From an uncultured bacterium (GTDB lineage Bacteria > Eisenbacteria > RBG-16-71-46), in contig CAZYQK010000002.1 of the NCBI GenBank assembly GCA_964650245.1, forward strand, positions 1 to 53,983: 53,983 nt of DNA. Reading direction: 5' to 3'. Made by a program: the position numbers and the translations under genes. Below, one piece after another: positions 38,448-50,100 of the stretch (positions are counted from its first letter, which is position 1; every line of letters begins with the position of its first letter). A model generated the notes under the pieces. That model worked only from the letters and a program-made list of their open reading frames with translations, was not told the DNA's origin and did not search any database.

Positions 38448-39149
38448 GCCCGGGGGCTCCTCCGGGAAGAGGGTTCGCAGCTCGAATTCGGGCGAGATGG
38501 CGCGCGCCTTTTGATCGCCGAAGCCGACGAAGTTCCGCACCGCGTCGAACACCGAGCGCGGCAGCTCGGTGATGATGCCGAATCCGGCGCTGCGCTTCTG
38601 CTCGACCTCGCCCGAGAGCCAGCCTTCTATCGCCGCGACGTCCTCGACCGAGAGCGGCTTCAGGGTCGCCACCACCACGACGTAGTAGCGCGCGCCGGGC
38701 TCGAGCCGTCCCACCCGCCCCAGCCGAAGCGCGATCGGCCGCGAGAGCGCGGCGCTCACCGAGTCGAGCGAGGACGCGCCGAATCCCGGCACCCCGCGGC
38801 GCTCGAGGCGGTAGACGCGCGACCAGACGTCGAAGTGGATGCGCAGCTCGGAGTCAAAGCTGGTCTCGAGCCGGTCGAACCAGGCGTTGCGCCGGCGCCA
38901 CAGCTCGGCGTGCAGCCGCAGCGTGGCGGGCATCCCGCGCGACAGGCTCTCGGCGACCCGCGGCTCGAAAATCTCTCCCAGGCGCACGTCGGTCCACACG
39001 TAGCCGGCGCGCTCGCGGTTGGCGAGCACCTCGACCTCGAGCGCCCGGGCCGAGGCCGCCGCGGCCACCGCGAGCGCGGCGACCAGGCTCAGCACGCGGC
39101 GGGCCCGGGCGGGGCTCCGGGGCGGTCGATGGGGGAGCGGGGGGAGCAC
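38436..39149 (-). CDS. DUF4390-domain protein (secreted)
   Basis: The signal peptide is VLSLVAALAVAAAASARA. The core is VAESLSRGMPATLRLHAELWRRRNAWFDRLETSFDSELRIHFDVWSRVYRLER, the DUF4390 pattern as I recall it. Confidence 0.65.
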   Translation of the reverse strand: MLPPLPHRPPRSPARARRVLSLVAALAVAAAASARALEVEVLANRERAGYVWTDVRLGEIFEPRVAESLSRGMPATLRLHAELWRRRNAWFDRLETSFDSELRIHFDVWSRVYRLERRGVPGFGASSLDSVSAALSRPIALRLGRVGRLEPGARYYVVVVATLKPLSVEDVAAIEGWLSGEVEQKRSAGFGIITELPRSVFDAVRNFVGFGDQKARAISPEFELRTLFPEEPPGSGQ

Positions 39150-39164
39150 GCGGAGGCCGGGCGG

Positions 39165-40559
39165 TCAGAATGGCCGCTTGAGTCGCACGCTGATCACGAA
39201 GTCCGAGTCGGGGTCCTGCAGGTTGCGGGCGAAGTAGACGCGCAGGTTGTCCTCCGAGGTGCCCAGCCCGAACCCGCCGTCGGCCTGGATCTGCTGACGG
39301 TCCGGATCCCAGGAGTGACTCGGGTTGGACCACGCGCGGCCCGCGTCCACGAACGCGATCGCCTGCAGGCCGCATTCCATCGCGAGCGCGCGCAGGCGCC
39401 GCAGGTCGATCACGTATTCGGCCTGCGCCAGCACCATCTGGTCGCCACGATAGTCCGCGAACGCATGGGCCCGCAGGCCGTCGACGCCGCCCACCGTGAA
39501 CTGTTTCTGGCGCGGGAGCCGCCCTGCCAGCGTGTGGCCGCCCGCGAGGCGGAGCGCCAGCGTGGAAGCGGGTGTCAGTCGGACCACGCTCCGCACGTCG
39601 CCCAGCGCGCGGGCGTAGTCGAAATCGCCCCGGAGGTCGGCGCCGGCGCGCTCGAATTCGATCCAGTGATAGAGCCCGGCGCGCGTGCGGCGGGTGCCGT
39701 GCGCGAGCCGTTCGAGCCGGACCGTGAAGGCGTGGGCCTCGCCCACCTCCACGCTCGGATTGGCGCGCAGCGCTCGCTCGCCGTGGAGCCACGAGCGGGT
39801 GCCGCGGTCGGTGGCCAGCGAATCGAAGTGATCGTTGCGCACGTGGATACTGACGGTCGAGAAGTCCGGCACCCGCCACGACAGGTACGCGCCGAAGCCT
39901 TCGCGCTCGAAATAGTCACGGTAGTCCTGGCGGCCGAGCAGCAGCGCGAGGCTGTTTTCGGTGTCGTCCACCTGCTGCAGCTCGCTGTGGTCGGTGCGGC
40001 GCGCCATCGAGAATCCGAGCGCGAGCCGGCCGGGAGGGAGCAGCGGCTGCTCGAGCTGGAGGCCGTAGAGCACGCGCTCGCGGCCGAAGGCGTATTCGAT
40101 CAACGCCCCGAGCCTCGGCATCATGGTCTCGGGCTGCTGCAGCTGGTGGCCGAGCCCGAGGCGGAGGCGATCTACGCGGTTGTAGTCCGCGCGCAGCGCC
40201 GTGCGCTCGTGCTTCCCGCCGGCCGATCGCCACTGGGCGGGGTCGGTGAGCAGGTTGTCGCCGAAGGGCGCCCGCAGCCACTCGTCGTCGAATAGCGTCA
40301 CTTCGGCCTCGGCATCGGGCCCGGCTTCGGTGGCGAGCGTCTCGGCCGCGAACGGCGTGAACTCGAACACCTGGCGGGTGGTGTCCGCGTCCACCGCGGA
40401 GTCGGCAGCCGCGCCCGCGCCCGCGATGGCCCGGAATGAGAGGGTGGAGCCGGCGAGCGTGGCGCGCGGCGGCGCGGCGCGGGCGATGGGGGCGGCGCCC
40501 ACGCACGCGAGCGTGGCGCCAAGTGCGAGCACGAGCGGAATCGACTTCAGGGTGGTCAC
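39165..40559 (-). CDS. Omp85/bacterial-surface-antigen-family outer-membrane beta-barrel, no recognisable POTRA repeats
   Basis: GTG at 40559, 4 nt after AGGAGG, gives the signal peptide TTLKSIPLVLALGATLACVGAAPIARA. The C-terminal barrel motifs are FTVGGVDGLRAH, AFVDAGRAW and GGFGLG, and the protein ends in ...RLKRPF. Confidence 0.55.
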   Translation of the reverse strand: MTTLKSIPLVLALGATLACVGAAPIARAAPPRATLAGSTLSFRAIAGAGAAADSAVDADTTRQVFEFTPFAAETLATEAGPDAEAEVTLFDDEWLRAPFGDNLLTDPAQWRSAGGKHERTALRADYNRVDRLRLGLGHQLQQPETMMPRLGALIEYAFGRERVLYGLQLEQPLLPPGRLALGFSMARRTDHSELQQVDDTENSLALLLGRQDYRDYFEREGFGAYLSWRVPDFSTVSIHVRNDHFDSLATDRGTRSWLHGERALRANPSVEVGEAHAFTVRLERLAHGTRRTRAGLYHWIEFERAGADLRGDFDYARALGDVRSVVRLTPASTLALRLAGGHTLAGRLPRQKQFTVGGVDGLRAHAFADYRGDQMVLAQAEYVIDLRRLRALAMECGLQAIAFVDAGRAWSNPSHSWDPDRQQIQADGGFGLGTSEDNLRVYFARNLQDPDSDFVISVRLKRPF

Positions 40560-40854
40560 GGTGCCTCCTGGCGAGAGCATGGGGGAGAACCAGCTCTTCA
40601 AGAGCCTTGCAAACTCCATGCGCGGCACGCGAGCCGCGCCCCGTCGCGGAACGCAGCGCCCCGCGCAGTCCGGCCCCGTCCGCCGGCCCAACCGGGCACT
40701 CCGGTTGTGGCGCCGCCGCCACGCCGTGTGGCGGCGGGTCGCGTTCGCGCGCGGCCGCCCGCCGGAGGCGCTGCCCTTCGCGTGGATGCCGCCCGCTCGC
40801 GCGGCCGCGAACCCGCTCCGGGGGCGTCCGCGCGTTCGGAGCGGGCCGCTTCCG

Positions 40855-42201
<1,347 letters not shown>

Positions 42202-42213
42202 GCGTTCGCGGCC

Positions 42214-43728
42214 CTAGGGGCCGCCCTCCTCCAGCAGCGGAAGGGCGAGGCGCGCGAACGCGCCGCCCCCTTCCCGGTTGGCCAGCACCACCCCGCCCCG
42301 GTGCTGGGCCGCGATGTCCCGCACCAGCGAGAGGCCGAGCCCGCTGCTCCGCTTCTTGGTGCTGACATAGGGCTCGAATACCTTCTGGCCCAGTTCCGCC
42401 GGCAGCCCCGGGCCGCGGTCGAGAATCTCGAGCACGGCCTGGCCTTCCGCCGCATAAGTGCGGACCTCGACGCGCCCGCCGCGCGGGCTCGCCTCGCATG
42501 CGTTCAGTAGCAGGTTGTGGATCGCGCGGGACAGTAGCAGAGAATCGCCCCGCATCATGAGCGGGGGTCCGGTCGCGATCGCGACCTCCACGCCCTGGTG
42601 CTCGTGCATGCCCGCGGCCGCGCGCGTGACCTCGGTGAGATCGAGTGGCTCGAAGCGCGGCTCGGGCAGCCGCGCGTACTGCGAGAACTGCTCGGCGAGC
42701 CGGCTCAGCTGGTCCACACCGCGTTCGAGCGCGGCCAGGCTGTCGCGCACGGCGTCGCGTTGCTCCGGGGGCACGAGGTCGGCGCGCGCCGCCAGCCGGT
42801 GCAGCGAGAGCGCCATCGGCGTGAGGATGTTCTTGAACTCGTGCGCCAGCCGGCGCGCGACTTCGCGCCACACCGCCTCGCGCTCCGCCCGCTGGAGCGA
42901 CTCACGCGCGGCCTCGAGGCCCGCGGTCATCGCGTTGAACCCGTGACCCAGCGTGCGCAGCTCGCGCGCGCCCGAGGGCGTCACCCGTGTGGCGAGATCG
43001 CCCGCGGCCACCCGCTCGAACGCGGCCGCGAGCCCGGCCAGCGGGCGCGCCATGCCACGCGCCAGCCGGGCGGCCAGCAACAGCGCGAGCGCGAAGAGCC
43101 CGAGCACCAGCAGCCAGACCAGGATCCACACGTACTGGCGCTGGAGCGCGACCAGCACGCCGAGCTGACCGTAGCGGCTGACGCCGGTGCCGACTTCCTC
43201 CACCTGACTGAAGAAGTCGGGCGGTACCCACAGGCCGACGACCAGCACACCGCCGTCGCGCAGGACAGCGACCGCGGCCAGCGCGCCCTGCCCGGAGTGG
43301 ACGACGCGGCTCGAATCCACAGAGCTGGCGATCTCAGCAGAGAGGTCGGGCGCGGCGGGGGCGATCACGCCGGTCGGCGTGAGCTGCTCCTCCAGCGCGA
43401 GCCCGCTTCGGGCAGGGCGGTAGATCTGGAGGAAATCGAGACCGGCGTCGCGCAGCGACTCGCGCACGACGTCGCGCTCGGCCTCGCTCCGCGGCCCCAT
43501 GGGGAATCGTTCCGCGAGCGCGTCGGCCTGCGAGAGCGTGGTGGCCTCAACCCGGGTGAGCGCCGTGCGCGTCGCCTCGAGCGCCGAGGAGAGCGCGCGG
43601 CTCACTCCCGGGCGAAACCAGCGATCGGCCGAGCGTTCCAGCTGGACCAGCGTGAAACCGGTGTAGACCGCGATCGGAATCAGGGCGAACGCGATGAGCG
43701 CCAGGGTGAGACGGGTGCGCAGCCTCAT
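42214..43728 (-). CDS. sensor histidine kinase (2 TM - HAMP - HisKA - HATPase), NtrY-like
   Basis: Internal ATG at 43728 (MRLRTRLTLALIAFALIPIAVY). HAMP reads RPLAGLAAAFERVAAGDLATRV, the H-box reads LAHEFKNILTPM, and the N/G boxes read NLLLNACEA and DRGPGL...GLGLSL. The response regulator gene starts 12 nt downstream. Confidence 0.85.
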   Translation of the reverse strand: MRLRTRLTLALIAFALIPIAVYTGFTLVQLERSADRWFRPGVSRALSSALEATRTALTRVEATTLSQADALAERFPMGPRSEAERDVVRESLRDAGLDFLQIYRPARSGLALEEQLTPTGVIAPAAPDLSAEIASSVDSSRVVHSGQGALAAVAVLRDGGVLVVGLWVPPDFFSQVEEVGTGVSRYGQLGVLVALQRQYVWILVWLLVLGLFALALLLAARLARGMARPLAGLAAAFERVAAGDLATRVTPSGARELRTLGHGFNAMTAGLEAARESLQRAEREAVWREVARRLAHEFKNILTPMALSLHRLAARADLVPPEQRDAVRDSLAALERGVDQLSRLAEQFSQYARLPEPRFEPLDLTEVTRAAAGMHEHQGVEVAIATGPPLMMRGDSLLLSRAIHNLLLNACEASPRGGRVEVRTYAAEGQAVLEILDRGPGLPAELGQKVFEPYVSTKKRSSGLGLSLVRDIAAQHRGGVVLANREGGGAFARLALPLLEEGGP

Positions 43729-43849
43729 CGCGGCCGGAATCGTGGATGCCGGCGCGTGGCGGGCGCGCGAGACCCGGGGCGCAGCGCGCGGGGCCGACCG
43801 CACTCGCGCATCATCTCCGCCCCTCCACAGGTGGAACGCGGATCCGGGA

Positions 43850-44926
43850 TCAGGTGCTCAGACCGCCAAGCTGCCCGCACGCGGCCCAGATCTCGCCCCC
43901 CATCGTCTGGCGCACGGTCACCGCCGGCGCTCGCGGGTAGAGGCTCAGCGCGAAATCCTTGACCGCTTCGGGGCTCGGGCGCCGGTAGCCGAGCCCGGGC
44001 ACGGGGTTGTACGGAATGAGGTTTATCTTGCTCGGCAGTTCTCGCGCGATGGCGCTCAGGCGCTCGGCGTCCTGCGCGCTGTCATTCACGCCCGCCATCA
44101 GCGTGTACTCGATAGTGACGCGCCGCCCGCTGCGCCGGCCGTAGTCGCGCGCCGCCGCGAGCAGCTCGCGCAGCGGCCAGCGGCGATTGACCGGAACCAG
44201 CTGGTCACGAAGCTCGTCGGTCGTGGCGTGAAGCGAGATCGCGAGGCCGAGCGGAAGGCCCTCTTCGGCCAGCTGTCGCATCTGCGGCACCAGTCCGCTG
44301 GTCGAGACCGTGATGCGCCGCGCGCCCATGTTGAGACCGCGCTCGTCGTGGAGGATGCGGATGGATTCCACCACCGGCGCGTAGTTGGCCAGCGGCTCGC
44401 CCATTCCCATGAAGACGATGTTGAAGCGGTCGTCCCGCCAGTGGTTGAAGTCGCCCATCGCGACCACCTGGGCCACGATTTCCTCCGCCTTGAGATTGCG
44501 CTCGAGCCCCATCAGGCCGGTGGCGCAGAACGAGCACTTGAGCGCGCATCCCACCTGGCTCGAAAGGCAGAACGTCAGCCGCCTCGAGGTGCGCATCGAC
44601 ACGCACTCCACCCGCGCGCCGTCCACGAGCTCGAGGACGAACTTGTGCGTGGATCCGTCGGCGGTTCCGAGGACGGACGCCACCCGCGGCAGCGAGAGGT
44701 CGCACATCCCCTCCAGGCTGCGCCGAAGCGCGAGCGGCAGATTGGTCATCCCCTCGGGCCGGTATTCGTGTTTCCGATAGACCCATGAGTAGAGCTGCCC
44801 GGCCCGGTAGGCGGGCAGGCCCCGGTCACCGAGGTGGCCGGCGAGCCGCTCGTGGCTCAGGCCGTAGAAGCTCGGGCGGGTGGCGGGTGAGCCGCTGGCG
44901 TGGTGGGAGCGGATGGGCTGGTTCAT
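43850..44926 (-). CDS. rlmN: 23S rRNA/tRNA (adenine-C2)-methyltransferase RlmN (radical SAM)
   Basis: Internal ATG at 44926. The translation shows LPAYRAGQLYSWVY, the radical-SAM motif CALKCSFCATG, GMGEPL and the C-terminal GGEIWAACGQL. Confidence 0.9.
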   Translation of the reverse strand: MNQPIRSHHASGSPATRPSFYGLSHERLAGHLGDRGLPAYRAGQLYSWVYRKHEYRPEGMTNLPLALRRSLEGMCDLSLPRVASVLGTADGSTHKFVLELVDGARVECVSMRTSRRLTFCLSSQVGCALKCSFCATGLMGLERNLKAEEIVAQVVAMGDFNHWRDDRFNIVFMGMGEPLANYAPVVESIRILHDERGLNMGARRITVSTSGLVPQMRQLAEEGLPLGLAISLHATTDELRDQLVPVNRRWPLRELLAAARDYGRRSGRRVTIEYTLMAGVNDSAQDAERLSAIARELPSKINLIPYNPVPGLGYRRPSPEAVKDFALSLYPRAPAVTVRQTMGGEIWAACGQLGGLST

Positions 44927-44990
44927 GGCGGGAGCGTGACGGCCGCAAGGTAGCAAAGGCAATCGCTTGCGGTCAACGCGGCGCGATGAT

Positions 44991-45566
44991 ATGCATGCCC
45001 ATGCAATGGACGGCATCGATCTGCGAACGCGCCGTACGCTCGCCTGCCTCGGCGACGCTTCCCGCTTCCAGCTCGTCCAATCCCTGCTACTGGACGAACG
45101 CTGCGTGAGCGACCTCGCGCACGAAGTGGGGCTGTCGCAGTCGTGCACCACGCGCCACCTCCAGTCCCTCCAGCGCGAGGGGCTGGTGTGCGGAACGCGC
45201 AGTGGAAAGCGCGTGATGTTTCGGCTCTGCCTCGATCAACCCCGGGTGCGCGAGCTGCTGGCATGGGCCACCGGTGAGATGGCGGCGGATGCCGCGCCCG
45301 AGCCCTCTCGAGCCATGTTCAACGCCGAGGGAGCTGCCAGGCGGAGGGGATCGCGCCGGTCACAGCGAAGGCGACGGCGATCGGACGCGAGTCCGAATCG
45401 GAAACTTCGGCCCGGGCCCGCGCGCATTACGGCCGCCACAGTCGCGGCGCCTTTGCCCGCGGCCGGCGCGGACCGCACCACACCTGCACCCACCGCGCTC
45501 GGGACGCAGGAGCATCCCATGCCGGCCGCGCAGAGGCCGGGCGACATGGAGGACTGGCTGTTATGA
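44991..45566 (+). CDS. ArsR/SmtB-family HTH regulator with long Arg-rich C-terminal tail
   Basis: Winged-helix core LGDASRFQLVQSLLLDERCVSDLAHEVGLSQSCTTRHLQSLQREGLV, followed by about 100 aa of low complexity (RRRGSRRSQRRRRRS). The start is ambiguous (TTG 44967, ATG 44991 or ATG 45006). Confidence 0.7.
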   Translation: MHAHAMDGIDLRTRRTLACLGDASRFQLVQSLLLDERCVSDLAHEVGLSQSCTTRHLQSLQREGLVCGTRSGKRVMFRLCLDQPRVRELLAWATGEMAADAAPEPSRAMFNAEGAARRRGSRRSQRRRRRSDASPNRKLRPGPARITAATVAAPLPAAGADRTTPAPTALGTQEHPMPAAQRPGDMEDWLL

Positions 45567-46573
45567 GCGGGGTCAATCATATGCGTGTCGGTGCAATTGA
45601 TCTCGGCTCCAATTCCGTCCGGCTGCTGGTCGCGGACATCGCGAGCGGCGAGCCCGAGAACGGCCAGATCTCGGTGCTCGGCCGAGCCGGGGAGGCCTGC
45701 CGGCTGGGCCGGGGGCTCGACCGCAGCGGCGTCATCGACGAGGAGATGGCCCGGCGGGCCGGTGCCATCGCGCGGGAGTTCGCCCGGCGTGCGCGTGGGC
45801 TGGGAGCGGTTCACATCGTGTGCGGTGCGACCGCTGCCCTGCGCAGCGCAGCCAACGGGGCTGCGGTCGCGGCCATGATCGAGCGCGAATGCGGGGTGCC
45901 GGTGCGGATTCTGTCCGGCGAGGACGAGGCACGGCTGGTCTACCGTGCCGTGGTGCTCGGCCTCGGCCCCGGGGCGCGACGCAGCTCCTGCGTGGTATTC
46001 GATATCGGGGGTGGCAGCACCGAGGTGGTGAGCGGGCTCGGCGATCAGGCCGGGCGCTGGACCAGCCTGGGTTTCGGAGCGGTCAGCCTCACCGAGCGTC
46101 ACGCCCTCTCCGACCCGGCCCGAATCGAGGAGGTCACGGCGCTGCGGGACGAGGTGCGCGAACAACTTATGCATAAATGTGCATATATGCCGTCACGATC
46201 TCCACTGTTCGCCGGGGTGGGAGGCACGGTGACGCTTCTGGCGGCACTGGACATGGGACTGACCGTGTACGACCCGGCCCTGCTCGATGGCCGGGCGATC
46301 GATCGGGCGCGGCTCGACGGCCTGATCGAGCGTCTGCTGGGCTCGACGCAAGGAGAGCGCATCGCCTGGCCTGTTATGGGGGAAGGACGGGCGGATATCG
46401 TGGTGGCGGGGGCTCTCGTGGTAGGGCTCCTCGCGCAACGCTTTCCGTCCAATGCCCTGGTTTGCTCGACCCAGGGCCTGAGATATGGCCTGGTGCGTCT
46501 GGCGGCGGAGGAGGTCAGGCGGGGGAGGACGGGGTCCGGGGGCGGGCAGGGTGGGTCTGAAATTCCTCATTGA
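45563..46573 (+). CDS. Ppx/GppA-family phosphatase
   Basis: ATGA overlap with the arsR-like gene. The translation contains VGAIDLGSNSVRLLVA...FDIGGGSTEVV...GVGGTV, i.e. the ASKHA-fold motifs. Confidence 0.85.
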   Translation: MSGVNHMRVGAIDLGSNSVRLLVADIASGEPENGQISVLGRAGEACRLGRGLDRSGVIDEEMARRAGAIAREFARRARGLGAVHIVCGATAALRSAANGAAVAAMIERECGVPVRILSGEDEARLVYRAVVLGLGPGARRSSCVVFDIGGGSTEVVSGLGDQAGRWTSLGFGAVSLTERHALSDPARIEEVTALRDEVREQLMHKCAYMPSRSPLFAGVGGTVTLLAALDMGLTVYDPALLDGRAIDRARLDGLIERLLGSTQGERIAWPVMGEGRADIVVAGALVVGLLAQRFPSNALVCSTQGLRYGLVRLAAEEVRRGRTGSGGGQGGSEIPH

Positions 46574-46734
46574 CGCCCGGCGGTCTGCGGGAAGATACTT
46601 TTCCCGGCGCTCAAAAAAAATGCAGGCGTGGTCCCCTCTGACGTGCGCAAACCTTGGCGTCGGTTTCCTCCGACCGAATGATGAGGTGTTTCTGTGTTTC
46701 TCTTACCGCCAGTAGTGGAGGGAGCAGGTAGCGC

Positions 46735-47064
46735 ATGCTGAAAACCCGTAACAGGCTCCTGGTCACGCTGGTCCTACTTCTGTTGGCGACGGCGACGGCA
46801 TGGACGGTGGCCGAAGCGCGCCCGAAGTCCGATGACGGAAGCTCATCGGGCACGGTGGCCGCTCCGGGCATTCCAAAACCATGCGCAGCCCCAGCCTCCG
46901 GAGAGCCGGATCAACCTGCGGGTCACACCACGCCCGGCAACCATGGCGCCGTGATGGCGCCGCCTTCGCAAGAGGGCAGTGTTGCCGTACAGGATGTGAG
47001 CTGGAGATGGATCCGTTGGATCAGCAGGATCTGGGCCGCGCGGTACCTGGGAGTGGCCTTCTAG
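46735..47064 (+). CDS. small secreted hypothetical protein with Trp/Arg-rich C-terminus
   Basis: 109-aa ORF after GGAGGGAG. The signal peptide is LLVTLVLLLLATATAWTVAEA. A Pro/Gly-rich middle precedes the C-terminus VSWRWIRWISRIWAARYLGVAF. Many A/T-ending codons make it atypical for this window. Confidence 0.45.
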   Translation: MLKTRNRLLVTLVLLLLATATAWTVAEARPKSDDGSSSGTVAAPGIPKPCAAPASGEPDQPAGHTTPGNHGAVMAPPSQEGSVAVQDVSWRWIRWISRIWAARYLGVAF

Positions 47065-47184
47065 CCGGCCGCAGCATCGGATAGAGCGTCACTCTCAGTT
47101 CAATCCAGTTCAGGTCACCAACGGCGCTCCGGAACGAACCGACGGGGTGCCCAACCGGGTGTCAAGAACCGAGGGTTCGAAAAA

Positions 47185-50100
47185 GTGCAGCGAGCGATCC
47201 CCCCCGATCTGACTCATGCTCACCTCTCCGCTCAAGAGGGAGCGCTGCAGCACGAGGCGATCGGCAATCTGCATCTGGCCGCGGACAACTTCTCGGGTGC
47301 GGCCGATGCCTACGTGGCGGCCCTGCACCAGCTGGGCCCCGAAGCCCCCCATGACCGGTCTCGGCTGCTCCTGCTTCTGGCCGAGGCCCACGTCCATCGA
47401 GGCGACTTCGAATCCGGATCGAAAGTCTTGAGGGAAGCGCGCGAGCTCGCGCGCCTGCTCGACGATCCCCGCATACGCGCGCGCATCGCCGCGCGGCTGG
47501 CGCATGCGCTCACCGAGCTCGGCCACTACCGCCGGGGGCGGCACTACGCGCTCTACGCGTACCGCGTCTTGAGGGACAGCGACGAGCATCGCACCGTGGG
47601 CCAGGTCGGCGTGCAGCTCGGTGTCTGCTGCTCCCGGCTGGGGCGCGTGCCGGAAGCGATCGAGTGGCTGCAGAACGCGGCCGCCACCTTCCGGCGGATC
47701 GACGACACGGAGGGGCTGGTCACCGCGCTCAACAACCTCGGCATCGTCTACAAGAATTTGCGCGACTGGCGAGAAGCCACGCGCTGCCTCGAGCAGGCCC
47801 TGCGCCTCGACGAGCGCGCGGGGCTTTACGCTCGGATGCGGCCCACCTACCAGAACCTCGGGCTGATCCGCTACCGCCTGGGGCAGTGGGATCTGGCCGA
47901 GGAGAACTTCCGCCATTCCATGAAGATCGCGCGTGAGACCGGGCACCTCCAGGGCGAGGCCGCCGCGCTGCTCGCGGTCGGCATGCTCTGCCGGCGGCGC
48001 CGCCAGTTCGACCGCGCAGAGGATCACTTCCGGCGCGCGATGGCGCTCTCCACCCAGGTCGGGGCGCAGCGCGAGACCATGCTGGGGCGCGAGTTCCTCG
48101 CTGAAGTCGAGCTCGATCGCGGCAACGGCGACGCCGCCCTCGCGCTGCTGGAGCCCACGCTCGAGGAAGCCCGGCTCATGGCGCCGGAGGGCGACATGGT
48201 CACCGAGCTCGAGACCCGCACCGGGATGGCCCTGCTTCAGCTGGGCCGAACCGAGGACGCGCTCCCCCACCTGCTCAGCGGCGCGATGCTGGCCGAGCGG
48301 CTCGGCGACCGTGTCGAACAGGCCTACGCCGAGCGTGCCCTCGCGCGCCTCGACGCGGTGCGCGGCAACAGCACCGGACTCGAGGCCAGGCTCCACGCAT
48401 CCGCGCAGTGCTTCGACGAGCTGGGTGAGGTTTACGAGCTCGCGGCTTCGCTCGCCGCCTGGGGCGAGTACCTGTTCCTGCTCCCGGCCAGCGTGCGGAT
48501 GCGCGTGCCGCTCGAGCCGGTCGCCGACGCGGCCAAGCGTGCCTCTGCGCTGTTCCGCCAGCTGGGGGTCACGCCGCTCGCCGCCGAAGCGATGCTCAAT
48601 CACTCGCGCCTCGAGGCCGAGCGTGAGCACTTCGATCAGGCGCTCTCGATCCTGGAGCAGGCCGAGCAGTGGCTCGCCGAGTCGGGCGACCCCGAGACCC
48701 GCGACCGTGCCGAGACGCTGCGCCGCGAGCTTGAACGTCAGTACGTCGCGGTCTCGCTCTCGACCTGCAACGAATTCCGGGCGCTCGACGAGGCCAACCG
48801 GTTGTTCCGTGAGACCGCCGACATGGACGGGCTGCTCAGCCAGGCGGTGCGGCTCGCGGTCGAGAACGCGGGCGGCGACCGTGGCTTCGTGGCCTACAGC
48901 AGCGGTGGCGGCCGGCTCGACGTCGTCGCGCAGCACGGCCTGGGCCGCGACCGCGCGCGCCGCGTCCTCAAGGTGATCGAAGGCGTGTGCGGATCACGCA
49001 TCGCCGAGTGCGGCCCGGTGTTCTCGAGCCGCGTTGCCGCCGATCCCCGTTTTCACGCGGCGATCGCGGACGCGCTCGAAGGCGTCGGCTCGCTGGTGTG
49101 CGTGCCGCTCAACTTCCCGTCGCAATCCATGGGTCTGGTTTACGTGGACCGCCTCAACGACAACCTGCTCGGCCCCTTCAGGCAGCGCGAGCTCAATCTG
49201 CTCGCGGTGCTGGCGAACAGTGCAGCGGTGGCGATCGTCGAGGCCCAGCGCTCACGGCTGCTCGAGGAGAACAAGCAACTGCGCGACAAGCTGCGTCCGG
49301 CGCCGGGCAGCGAGCGCATCATCTCCCAGTCGCGCGAGATGGCCAACATCCTCGCGCTGCTCGGAAAGGTGGGCGACAGCTCTGCCACCGTGCTGTTTAT
49401 CGGCGAGACCGGGACCGGCAAGGGCCTGCTGGCCCAGGTCGTTCACGAGATCTCGAACCGGCGCGACGGGCCGTTCGTGCAGGTCAACTGCGCGGCGCTG
49501 CCGGAGCAGCTGCTGGAGAGCGAGCTGTTCGGCTACGTTCACGGCGCGTTCACCGGTGCCACGCGGGACAAGACCGGGCTCTTCGAGGAGGCCGAGGGCG
49601 GCACCATCTTCCTCGACGAGATCGAGAAAGTGCCGGAGACGGTGCAGGCCAAGCTCCTCCACGTCCTCGACCGCGGGGAGATTCGCCCGGTCGGAGCCAC
49701 CCGCAGCAAGCATGTGAACGCGCGAGTCATCTGTGCGACCGGCTGCGATCTGCGCGACCGCATCAAGGAGGGGCGCTTCCTCGAAGATCTCTACTACCGG
49801 CTCAACGACATCACGGTTCGGGTCCCGGCGCTGCGGGAGCGGCGCGAAGACGTTCCGGTGCTCGCCCAGCACTTCCTGACCCTGTACTCGCGGCAGATGG
49901 AGAAGACGCTGCGCGGCTTCTCGCCCGGCGTGGTGCAGGCGTTCCTGGAGCACGCATGGCGCGGCAACGTGCGCGAGCTCGAGAAGACGATCAAGCGCAT
50001 GGTGGTGCTGGCCGACGAGGGGGACTCGCTGGAGGTGGAACTGCTGCCGCCCGAGATGCGCGAGGTCGGCGCCGCCCCGACCGAGAAGCCGAACGGCAAG

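Noticed and set aside
40560-40854. I looked for a sigma-54 -24/-12 element on the minus strand upstream of the Omp85-like/DUF4390 genes, as a possible target of the adjacent NtrC-like regulator.
   Set aside because: The only GCAA on the plus strand (about 40608) lacks the partner CC(A) at the required spacing. No GG-N10-GC match with consensus flanks was visible by eye. A PWM scan would be needed to be sure.
46574-46625. Hairpin CGGGAA-GATACTT-TTCCCG next to an A8 run after the ppx/gppA stop, considered as a terminator.
   Set aside because: On the plus strand the hairpin is followed by A's, not T's. On the minus strand the T run precedes the hairpin. Neither orientation fits an intrinsic terminator.
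46574-46734. TTGGCGTCGGTTTCC upstream of the small secreted ORF, considered as a sigma-54 promoter.
   Set aside because: It has a -24-like TGGCG but no GC dinucleotide at the -12 position (TTCC instead of TTGC).
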